Positions 25,227 through 35,563 of a DNA stretch of 64,000 nucleotides are shown piece after piece. Numbering within the stretch: position 1 is the stretch's first letter; each line of letters starts with the position of its first letter. The notes beneath the pieces were generated by a model. It was given only the letters and a program-made list of their open reading frames with translations. It ran no database searches and was not told the origin of the DNA. The DNA lies in NCBI RefSeq assembly GCF_000143415.4, contig NW_003314365.1:319679-383678 (forward strand), written 5' to 3'. Both the position numbers and the translations under genes were made by a program. The stretch is from Selaginella moellendorffii (taxonomy: Eukaryota; Plantae; Lycopodiophyta).

Positions 25227-27309
25227 TATGCATGGCGTGAGGCATAGGGCCCAGAATTTTCCTTACAGGATCTGAGACTGATTGAGGAACTTCCTGCAAA
25301 GGTTGTTTCTTATTTTTTCTTTTGATTTTTGTGACTAAATCTTTCTCTTATTGTAGGAGCTTTCCCACCAGCTTGCATTGTTCTACAAGCATGTTTTGAG
25401 AGACGATGGGAAGCCTTACCCTCCAGCAACTCTGAGGGATATGTTTTTTTGCTTTAACCGAGTATTGAAGCTGGCAAGAGAAGCCCGAGTTGCAAGAACA
25501 GGAGTTTTAGAAGAAGAAGTTGACATCCTGAATGATCCAAGGTTTCTTACAGCAAGGTATCTTGCTTTTTTTGTTCTTTTTGTTGTGGTTTGTGTTCTAA
25601 TATGTTTGGTTTGGTTTGTTTATTCTAGGAACACTGCTAGCCATGTAATTCAAAAAGCAGCACTAGAAACTACAAGGCCAACAAGTATAGGGTCAAAGCA
25701 TGTGTACTTGTCGATGGCTGAGCTTAAGGCAGTTCTCACGTTGCCAGAGTTTCTACCTCACAGTCCTAATGGACTGTTTCGGTTAGTTGTACTATTCTGC
25801 ATGAATTTCTTTCTTGTACGTGGGAGGAAGGAATTGTACGACTTGCGATTCACTGATTTTACACTTTTGGAGGATGTTGTTGGTTGCTATATCCAGTTGA
25901 GTAGTTTCTTATTTGTTTTCTTTGTTCTTGTCGGTTCTAATCAGAATTTTTTTTGTCTCAGATTCAACCAACGTGTTTCCAAAAACTACCAAGTGGATCT
26001 GATGAATTGTAAGAACATGGATCGGTGGCCTGTTGTGGATCTCTATGAAATAGATACTCCCTCAGTCTACAAGGCATTCAAGCTTTTTTTTGATAAGCAT
26101 CTAGCAGTTGGTGATGGGGAGGACTTGAACAAGCAGTCGTTTTTCCTAGCTTGTAATGATTGTTTGAACATGACTGATAATTGGTACTGTCGAGGGGCAC
26201 GGATAGGAGAGCATAAGATCTCTGAAGTAGTAAAATTGGTTGCCGCAAAAACAGGTAGTTAACTAACTGCTTTCTTGTTTGCTCATAGTTTTTTTTCTCC
26301 AGGTTTTAGCCTTTCAGCGAAAGATATTCGGCATTCAGCAATTACAACTATGAGTGTTTGCAACACTCCAATGGAAGACTGTATGGAGCTGATAGGACAC
26401 AAGAGGGTGGAAAACATGGAACAGTAAGGTTTTTGCTAACTATTTTGTCATTAATGCCTCTTTTTTTAACAAGTACGATCACTTTGGGAAAGCAAGGAGA
26501 ATGGCAATGTCATCTGTTCTGTATAACCGGTATGATCGTACTGGTCCTTTGAAAATTTACCAGGACGAATTTCGGAAAGCATCAGAGTATATTGTACGGT
26601 GCCATGAGGCTGGTAAACCTTTAAATGAAGATCCATTGGATCTTCAAGATTGCCATCTTGTTTCTTTTGGTAATTCAAAGCTTTTTTTTTTGTGGAGGTT
26701 TAACACTCTTCAATTCAGGTGGAAATGACAATTAACAGACTCAAAATCGTGAGCAGCAACAATAAAATTTTGGTAAGAAACTTTATAATCTTTATAATGG
26801 ACTTTTCTCTTTTCTCGATTTTAGGTGGTCCTGGGCAGCAACAGCCTTCTCCAAGAGAAGAGATCCACGAACAGGAACTGAATCACCACCAAGTTCTGGA
26901 CGTGATTGAAGAGCAGCAAGGTAAGAAAATTCTTTCTTTCCTTTTTTCTTTCAATTTAGTTTTCTCTTTATTTTAGGTGGACACGACAAGCAACACGAGA
27001 CTGTGCACGAGACTGTGCCAGAGCCTGTGCCAGAGCATGGCAAGTAGCAGGAATCCATTTCTGGAGACAAAGGTAAAGTTTATTTGATTTGAATTCTTTA
27101 TTTCTAACTTTTGATGTTATTTGGTAGATCTTGACAACAATGAGCTACTTTTAGCTCTTGCGAAAGATCCAAGAGCTGCAAAAGCTTTAGCACTACCGAC
27201 GATCACCAGCACATTTCACCACTGTTCTATGAGTAATTGTGTGATTGTAGTCAATGGTCATAGCCAAAGTGAGCTTGAATTATTCAAGCTTGCTTTGATT
27301 AAAAAATAA
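25221..27309 (+). pseudogene. Intron-containing tyrosine recombinase, Crypton/DUF3504 type (5'-truncated, pseudogenised)
   Basis: Spliced product: AWREA*..IEELPAKELSHQLALFYKHVLRDDGKPYPPATL..FLTAR..LVRGRKELYDL..SKNYQ..FFL..NWY..IGEHKI..AKDIRHSAIT..LIGHKRVENMEQYDH..MSSVL..TFHHCSMSNCVIVVN. Introns 25302-25356, 25557-25628, 25896-25961, 26255-26302, 26424-26472 (acceptor AG>AA), plus four more in the tail. Confidence 0.85.
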
Positions 27310-27334
27310 AAAAGCAATTGCATCTCGTCTGATT

Positions 27335-27557
27335 GGAGAATGTGGTTACTGGCAGCTAAGTTCTCTAGAACCTGGATGACAGCAGCCATGTTCTCTAGAA
27401 CCTGGTGGCTGGCAGGTGGGTTCTCTAGAACCTGGTAGCTGTCAGCCACATTCTCTAGAATGTGGCTGACAACAGTAAAATTTTCACAGAGAACCTGACT
27501 TGATCCGATGGCTGCCAACAGCTGGATCAAGTTAACGGGCGAGCCACAGCCCATTAA
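27335..27557. repeat. Putative Crypton 3' terminus: four 30-bp-period repeats, a 14-bp palindrome and a 9-8-9 inverted site
   Basis: TTCTCTAGAA at 27361, 27391, 27421 and 27451. GTCAGCCACATTCT-CT-AGAATGTGGCTGAC at 27441-27470. TTAACGGGC-GAGCCACA-GCCCATTAA at 27532-27557. Confidence 0.7.
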
Positions 27558-30035
27558 GGTTAGGGAAGTAGTTCCCGAGTGTTCAAAGAAAGGGCTTTGA
27601 ACGAAAGTCGATGGTCAAGGACTTTCACGCTTATGCAGGAACCATGTTACCGTGGTCGGAGGACTTGCCAAGCGAGATTGGCAAGTCGGGGGGAACAAAT
27701 ACCCTAGTTGAAGGTGATAACTTCAAAAAAGGTGGGCCATGGGGCCAAGCATGGAGGAGTCCATGCATGATCACAGACTTGTCAAGTGAGAGGTGTGGAG
27801 GAACTAGGTTCCTAAGCTGTGATCTGTAGCATGCTTTAAGTATAAGTTGGTGCACTGGCGTGATGAGTCACACCAGGCATCCTGGGTGATGCTGTCCGTA
27901 GATGCATATACGGAGGTTGGGTTCGAGTCCCAACCCTCTAGTGCTTGGGTTCGAGTCCCAAATCACTAGGGTGTGGTGATGGTTTGGAATATGAGGACAC
28001 TCATATTTTGGTGGTCATGGACTCTCAATGAGGAGATTGGCTTCGGCATATCGCCAAGTGGGGGATGCCTCGGAGTTGTGATGCACGTTAGATTGCTTAG
28101 AGTGAAAGCTCAGCATATCTAACTTGAACACTTTGGTGCAAAGGGCACCAAGGACGTGGTGAATGAGATGGGGACACCCAGTCTCAGTTGCTATGGATCC
28201 TTGGCTGGAAGGGTTGGTTTGGGCGCATCGCCAAGTGTGGGGGATGCCCCCGGGGTCATAGTCAACAATTTAAGAAGGTTTGCAAGACCTAGTTCATATT
28301 GGTAGACCTGTTAAGGGGTCAAGATGAGATCACTAGGTGATCTTGTGGCTAAAACAAGGACAAGGTTTTTATTTGGGTTAAGGAATACGATTCCTAGTTC
28401 AAAATGTTGATTTGAACTATTGATAATGGTGTGGCTTGGTCAAGGTGACCAAGTGGGAAGAACACTTAAGGGAAATGAGCTATGTCAATGTAATGGCATA
28501 GTAAGTATGAGGAAAGTAATCTTTATAAGAGATCCATGGGAGGGTCTTAAAGTTGGGCTGTGGATAGAGCCCACAGTAGAAAATGTTAAAGAAACGTACT
28601 AGGGGTGAACACCCTTTGGACTTGGCAAAACAAAGTGTTTGTTATGGAACCGAAAAGATACCTCGAGAATGGAGGTAGCAATCCTATGTTGCTAGGTGCA
28701 ACAATCAAGGATAGGAGCAAAAGACTAGTAGCCAAGTATGGGCCATGAAGATCATTGGAGGGAAACCAAATGGCAAAGTTAAGCATGGAACACTAAGGTG
28801 TTAGATGCTAACGGATGGTGAGAAGGGAAGTATGCTTCCAAGGATGGATTCCCAAATGCTCAAAGGGTGAAAGCTCCAAGGAGGAAGTGGCAAAGTAGCC
28901 AAATGATAGGGCCATAGATAGCCCTAGCACAAAGTATGATAACTAGAACTTAGTGCCTAAGGTGGCATGAAATATAAGAGGTACAGAACTGTGCCCTCAA
29001 GTAAAGAACTTCCTAAGGTGGGTAAGTGAAGTTGCACAATATGTGCAATGAAAGGTGTCAGAGACACTTAGGAAATTGACTCTGACAAGTCAAAACTTAA
29101 AAGTTCCAAAGTGCAAAGGTTATGTCAATGGAATCTAAAACTACTCGAGGATGAGTAGTGGAATTGAGTTAGAGAAAGTATCTCTAATAGGTTTAGCGAG
29201 AACTAAACCAATAAAAGGGAGAAAACCACCCTAGGTGGCTGAATGAGTCTCTATGTTGGAGGGACTATGCTCCTTAGAGGACTGACAAGGCATGGTGAGC
29301 CTTCGGTGTCAAACCATAGACAAAAACTGGTTGGGTGCCAAGGATGGAAAGGGTAATACATATTGGTGTTACTTTATAAAAATGGTTTACCGTTCGATGA
29401 GGACATCGAACTTTGTCTATGGGTGGTGTGTGAGACACAAAATCCCTAGGCCCCAAAGTGGAGCCGGAAGGGTGCCATGTGGTAGTGGCTGAAGCGAAAG
29501 CCAAACGAGCGTAACACGTTTGGACTAAAAGCTCCGACTTGGAATGTTGAGAGCGGGAGAGGAACTCCCAACAAAGTGCTTGAGGAACAAGCATGAAGCG
29601 AGCAATAAGCGAGGCTCCAAAAAGGGACCCAAAAAGGACCAACACATGACACGTGGAAGTGTCCGAGATGGAGTCCGAGGCGGACCCTAGTTGGAGTCCG
29701 AGATGGACCCGAAGTGGAGTCCGAGATGGAGTCCGATATGGAGTCCGAGATGGACCCGAAGTGGAGTCCGAGGTGGACCGAAACGGAGTCCGAGATGGAC
29801 CTGAGATGGAGTCCGAGATGGAGTCCGAGATGGACCCGAGATGGAGTCCGAGATGGAGTCCGAGATAGAGTCCGAGATGGACCGAGACGGAGTCCGAGAT
29901 GGAGTCCGAGATGGAGTCTGAGAAGGACCCGAGATGGAGTCCGAGGTCGGGACCAAGACCGGGACCAAGACCGAGACCGAGACCGAGACCGGGACCGAGA
30001 CCGAGACTGGGACCGGGACTGAGACCGAGACCGAG
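27556..30035 (+). mobile_element. LTR family A fragment 1: non-coding internal region, PPT and partial LTR
   Basis: Colinear with 30895-33395. LTR start TGTGAGACAC at 29429 follows GGGTGGTG. Satellite tract at 29660-30035. Confidence 0.8.
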
Positions 30036-33000
30036 GCATAAGGAAGTTGGATATACCCTTACGGGGGATAAGTTGCTTGTGTTGCGATATAGTAAGTCAA
30101 TGTCATAAAAGGAAATACTCATTGTCAAGAAAGCCATCATTGGGACACCCAGACACTCTAGAACACCAGAAGGTGGTGTTTGATGTCGCGAGGGCAATGG
30201 ATAAAGCCCAAGGGACTAAGTCCCTAGCAAATGATGGATAGAAGGTGCTATCCAAATGTCCAAGGTGGCGGAGACAGGAGAAGACTGTCTACTCGAATTG
30301 GACAAAGCCAAAAATGGAATTTTGGCAAGGCTAGTGATGGGCATGTAAAGGCCCATAAGCAACAATGTAATCCCAGTGTGTGGGATTATAAGGTGAGCAT
30401 ACCCGGATTGAGGAACCACTCCCTGGGCTATTGGGTAGGTTCATCCCTAAGAATACTTGCTAAAGCATGATAGAAAGTGCAACGCTATCCTCCTGGTCTG
30501 GAGGAGAATGACCAAAGGAAAGGTGTGAAGCCAAAAAGCAAGAAGTAAGGGGATAGAACCGAACCATAGGATTCAAAGGGCATAACCAAGGTTGGTTATG
30601 CCAGCTGGGAGTGGAGAATCAAGTGGGGGCTCGAGAGTGTTGCCGCTAACAACCGTGATGCCATGGAGAGTCTAAAATATGGAATTGTCCATGTTAGACT
30701 ATGTGGCATTTTGAAGGCTTGCAAAAAGGGAGGCCTTAGCAAGCTGAGGGACAGAGTTCCTTCAAGGTTCCCAAAGACGATTCTAGGTAGCTTAGTACCT
30801 AGAAAGGCCAAGTGTAAATGGTTCATGGAATGCGCGAAATCAAAGTGGCGCAGCAGAAGCGTGGTCTTGGAGCTTGCCATGAGGCAAGGCTATCAAGGTT
30901 AGGGAAGTAGTTCCCGAGTGTTCAAAGAGAGGGCTTTGAACGAAAGTCGATGGTCAAGGACTTCCACGCTTATGCAGGAACCATGTTACAATGGTCGGAG
31001 GACTTGCCAAGCGAGATTGGCACGTCGGGGGAACAAATACCCTAGTTGAAGGTGATAACTTCAAAAAGGGTGGGCCATGGGGCCGAGCATGGAGGAGTCC
31101 ATGCATGATCACAGACATGTCAAGTGAGAGGACTTGGCAGTGTGGAGGAACTAGGTTCCTAAGCTGTGATCTGTAGCGCACTTTAAAAATAAGTTGGTGC
31201 ACCGGCGTGGGGAGTCACGCCAGGCATCCTGGGTGATGCCGTCCGTAGATGCATATACGGAGGTTGGGTTCGAGTCCCGACCCTCTAGTGCTTGGGTTCG
31301 AGTCCCAAATCACTAGGGCGTGGTGATGGTTTGGAATATGAGGACACTCATATTTCGGTGGTCATGGACTCTCAGTGAGGGGACTGGTTTGGGCACACCG
31401 CCAAGCGAGGGATGCCTCGGAGTCGTGATGCACGGTTAGATTGCTTAGAGTGAAAGTTCGGCATATCTAACTTGAACACTTTGGTGCAAAGGGCACCAAG
31501 GACGTGGTGATGAGATGGGGACACCCAAGTCTCAGTTGCTATGGATCCTTGGCCGGAAGGGCTGGCTTGGGCGCACCGCCAAGTGTGGGGGATGCCCCCG
31601 GGGTCATAGTCAACAACTTAGAAGGGTCTGGAAGACCTAATCCCTATTGATAAACCTATTAAGGGGTCAAGATAAGATCACTAGGTGATCTTGTGGCTAA
31701 ACAAGGACAAAGTCTTTGTTTGGGTTAAGGAATATGATTCCTAGTTCAAAGTGTTAATTTGAACCATTGATAAAGGTGTGGCTTGGTTGAGGTGACCAAG
31801 TGGGAAGCACACCTAAGGGAAATGAGCTATGTCAATGCTATGGCATAGTAAGTCCAAGGAAAGTAGTCTCTATAAAAGATCCAAGGGAGGGTCTCAAAAA
31901 GTTGGGCCGTGGATAGAGCCCACGACAGAAAATGTTAAAGAGATGTACTAGGGGTGAACACCTTTTGGACTTGGCAAAGCAAAGTGTTTGCTATGGAACC
32001 GAAAGGAAACCTCAAAAATGGAGGTAGCGATCCTATGTTGCTTGGTGCAACAATCCAAGGATAGGAGCAAAAGACGAGTGCCCAAGATAGGGCTGTGGAA
32101 TCCATTGGAAAGAATCCAAGTGGCAAAGTTAGCCAAGGAACACTAATGTGTTTGATGCTAACGAATTGCGGAAAAAGAGGTGGGCTTCCAAGGATGGATT
32201 CCCAAGTGCTCCAATTTGGCAAAGGAAAGGCTCCAAGTGAGGGAGCAACTAAGTAGCCAAAAGATAGGGCCGTGGACAGCCCTAGCACAAATAATGATAA
32301 ATGGAACGTAATGCCAATGGTGGCACAAAAATAGAAAAGAGGATGAGGGTGCCCTCGAGTAGAGAACTTCCTAGGAGGGGAAGTGGAGTTGCACAAAATG
32401 TGCAAGGCAAGGTGTCGGAGACACCTAGGAAATTGACTTCAAGAAGTCAAAAGTAAACGTTCCAAAGTGCAAAGGTAGATCAATGGAATCTGTGACTACT
32501 CAAGAATGAGTAGTGGAATTGAGTTAGAGAGGGTGCCTCTAACGGGTTTAGCGAGAACTAAACCAATAAACGGAAAGAACCACCCCAAGTGGTCCAATCA
32601 GTTTCTAAGTTAGAGAGACTATCCTCCTTAGAGGATGGACAAGGCATGGTGAGCCTTTGGGGTCAAACCATAGACAAATATTGGCCGGGTGCTAAGGATG
32701 GGAATGGTAATACCTGCGGGCGTTACTTTATAAAAGGGTTTACCGTTTGATGAGGACATCGAACTTCGTCTATGGGTGGTGGAGTTGTGAGACACAAAAT
32801 CCCTAGGCCCCAAAGTGGAGCCGGAAGGGTGCCATGTGGTAGTGGCTGAAGCGAAAGCCAAACGAGCGTAACACGTTTGGACTAAAAGCTCCGACTTGGA
32901 ATGTTGAGAGCGGGAGTGGAACTCCCAATAAAGTGCTCGAGGAACAAGCATGAAGCGAGCAATAAGCGAGGCTCCAAAAAGGGACCCAAAAAGGACCAAC

Positions 33001-34505
33001 ACATGACACGTGGAAGTGTCCGAGATGGAGTCCGAGGCGGACCCTAGTTGGAGTCCGAGATGGACCCGAAGTGGAGTCCGAGATGGAGTCCGATATGGAG
33101 TCCGAGATGGACCCGAAGTGGAGTCCGAGGTGGACCGAGATGGAGTCCGAGATGGACCTGAGATGGAGTCCGAGATGGACCCGAGATGGAGTCCGAGATG
33201 GAGTCCGAGATAGAGTCCGAGGTGGACCGAGACGGAGTCCGAGATGGACCCGAGATGGAGTCCGAGATGGACCGAGACGGAGTCCGAGATGGAGTCCGAG
33301 ATGGAGTCCGAGATGGAGTCCGAGGTCGGGACCAAGACCGGGACCAAGACCGAGACCGAGACCGAGACCGGGACCGGGACCGAGACCGAGACCGAGGCCA
33401 AGGCGGAGACCGAGCCCGAGCCCGAGTCCGAGTCCGAGTCCGAGTCCGAGTCCGAGTCCGAGTCCGAGTCCGAGTCCGAGTCCGAGTCCGAGTCCGAGTT
33501 CGAGTCTGAGAGGGTGAAAGCCCAAAGCGTTCGTCTCCCAGACCCTGGGGGGTTTGGTGAGCTCCAAAAGTATAGTAAGGGGGAGGACTGCAGTGGAGCC
33601 AGTTTGGCCAGGAAAGGCCAGTTTGGCCCAGGAAGGCCAGACCCAGTGTTGGGTGATGAGCTGCCCACTGGGAAGTCCAAGACTAGAGTGAACCCAGACC
33701 GACAAGCGGGGTAGCTTGGTAAAGTGTTCAAGAGCCGGCTCTAGTTCCCCCGGGAGATCGACTGGCCGATGCTCCCAGTCCAAGTGTGGGTGGCACTACC
33801 TACTTGGATACCTGGTGTGGCTCAATGGAACCCGCTCTAAGCCCATGGCTAGAGCACCCAAGGGCAGAAGGCGAGGAGAGTACCTAGGTGGCTCGTGTAA
33901 GGCCACGGTGTTCTGAAATGTTGTCCCAAAGGCCCAGACTATGGAAAGGAAGAGGAGCAGTCCTCTGGGGTAGTGACCAAGGACACAGTCGTGTGGTGAG
34001 GAAGTCCCAGAGGACCGTGGGACTTAGTGGTCGGGCCTGTGGGTCTCGATCCAGTGGCAGTGTTGGCAAACACGGCCAGGGGCAGAAAGGGACTTAGTGG
34101 GGACTGACAGAGGGATATTGGGGAAGGCTATTCCCCTTGTCGGTGGGCATCCTAAGGATGCTAAGGAGTGGATCTGAGATGACCACTCACGGATGGTTTG
34201 CCTAGTCTTGGAGGGCCAAGACGGTGATGCAAGTGGTGTTGGACCACCAGTGTGACCAAGGTAAATGGGCATGGCCTTAGCGTAACGGGCCGGTACGTCG
34301 GTGATACCTTGGGTTGTCGATCATGGGATCGGACACGTGGAGCACTTGGACCAAGTGCTAAGGGTGAGTGGCATGGATGCCATTCTCGGGGCTAGCAAGC
34401 CCCAAGTCCTGAGTTGGACTTATGGAGGTTGTCAATGAGACCCCTCCAAGTGGTCAGAGGTGTGGTTAAGTGACTAAAGTAAAATGGAAAATTAAGTCGC
34501 TTACA
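30036..34505 (+). mobile_element. LTR family A fragment 2: non-coding internal region, PPT and complete ~1.72-kb 3' LTR (32786-34505)
   Basis: PPT GGGTGGTGGAGT precedes TGTGAGACAC (32786); the LTR ends GTCGCTTACA (34505). This end matches the minus-strand LTR end at 38202, which is followed by a PBS. Confidence 0.85.
33015..33510. repeat. LTR-borne GGAGTCCGAGAT / GAGACC / GAGTCC satellite
   Basis: 12-mer array grading into a near-perfect (GAGTCC)n run at ~33423-33497. Related arrays at 29660-30035, 34745-35420 and 36370-37000. Confidence 0.95.
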
Positions 34506-34514
34506 TGGTGGAGT

Positions 34515-35562
34515 TGTGAGACACAAAATCCCTAGGCCCCAAAGTGGAGCTGGAAGGGTGCCATGTGGTAGTGGCCGAAACGAAAGCCACACAAGCGTAA
34601 CACGTTTGGACTAAAAGCTCCAACTTGAAAAGTTGAGAGCGGGAGTGGAACTCCCAACAAAGTGCTCGAGGAACGAGCACGAAGCAAGCAATGAGCGAGG
34701 CTCCAAAAAAGGGACCCAAAAGGACCAACATATGACATATGGAAGTGTCCGAGATGGACCCAAGTTGGAGTCCGAGATGGACCCGAGATGGAGTCCGAGA
34801 TGGAGTCCAAGATGGACCCAAGGTGGAGTCTGAGATGGACCCGAGATGGAGTCCGAGATAGAGTCTGAGATGGACCCGAGATGGAGTCCGAGGTGGAGCC
34901 CGAGATGGACCTAAGATGGACCCGAAATGGAGTCCAAGATGGACCGAGACGGAGTCCGAGATGGAGTCTGAGATGGACCCGAGACGGATTCCGAGATGGA
35001 GTCCGAGAAGGACCCGAGACGGAGTCCGAGGTCGGGACCGAGACCGGGACTGAGACCGAATGCTTTGGGCTTTCACCCTCTCAGACTCAAACTCGGACTC
35101 GGACTCGGACTCGAACTTGGACTCGGTCTTGGTCTCGGTCTCAGGCCCGGGCTCAGTCTCGGTCTCGGTCCCGGTCTCGGTCCCGGTCTCGATCTCCGTC
35201 CCAGTCTCGGTCTTGACCTCGGACTCCATCTCGGGTCCTTCTCGGACTCCATCTCGGATTCCATCTCGGATCCATCTCGGACTCCATCTCAGACTCTGTC
35301 TCGGTCCATCTTGTACTCCATCTCGGGTCCATCTCAGACTCCATCTCGGGTCCTTCTCAGATTCCATCTTGGACTCCATCTCGGGTCCAGCTCGGACTCC
35401 AACTCAGGTCCATCTCGGACACTTCCATGTGTGATGTGTTGGTCCTTTTGGGTCCCTTTTTGGAGCCTCGCTTATTGCTCACTTCATGCTCGTTCCTTGA
35501 GTACTCCGTTGAGAGTTCCACTCCCGCTGTCGAGATTTCAAGTTGGAGCCTTTTAGTCCAAA
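34515..35562. mobile_element. Two partial family-A LTRs in inverted (fold-back) arrangement
   Basis: A plus LTR starts TGTGAG at 34515 and runs to ~35058; 35060-35562 is the reverse complement of the same LTR portion. Confidence 0.8.
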
Positions 35563-35563
35563 C

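Noticed and set aside
25378-26262. Membrane protein suggested by hydrophobic stretches in the 294-aa ORF
   Set aside because: The hydrophobic runs are in-frame T-rich introns (25557-25628, 25896-25961).
25221-27309. Phage integrase or DIRS retrotransposon interpretation
   Set aside because: Spliceosomal introns, DUF3504-like motifs, and no linked RT/RNase H or phage genes.
27335-27500. CRISPR-like repeat/spacer appearance
   Set aside because: The repeat is only ~10-15 bp, the spacers resemble each other, the context is eukaryotic and no cas genes are present.
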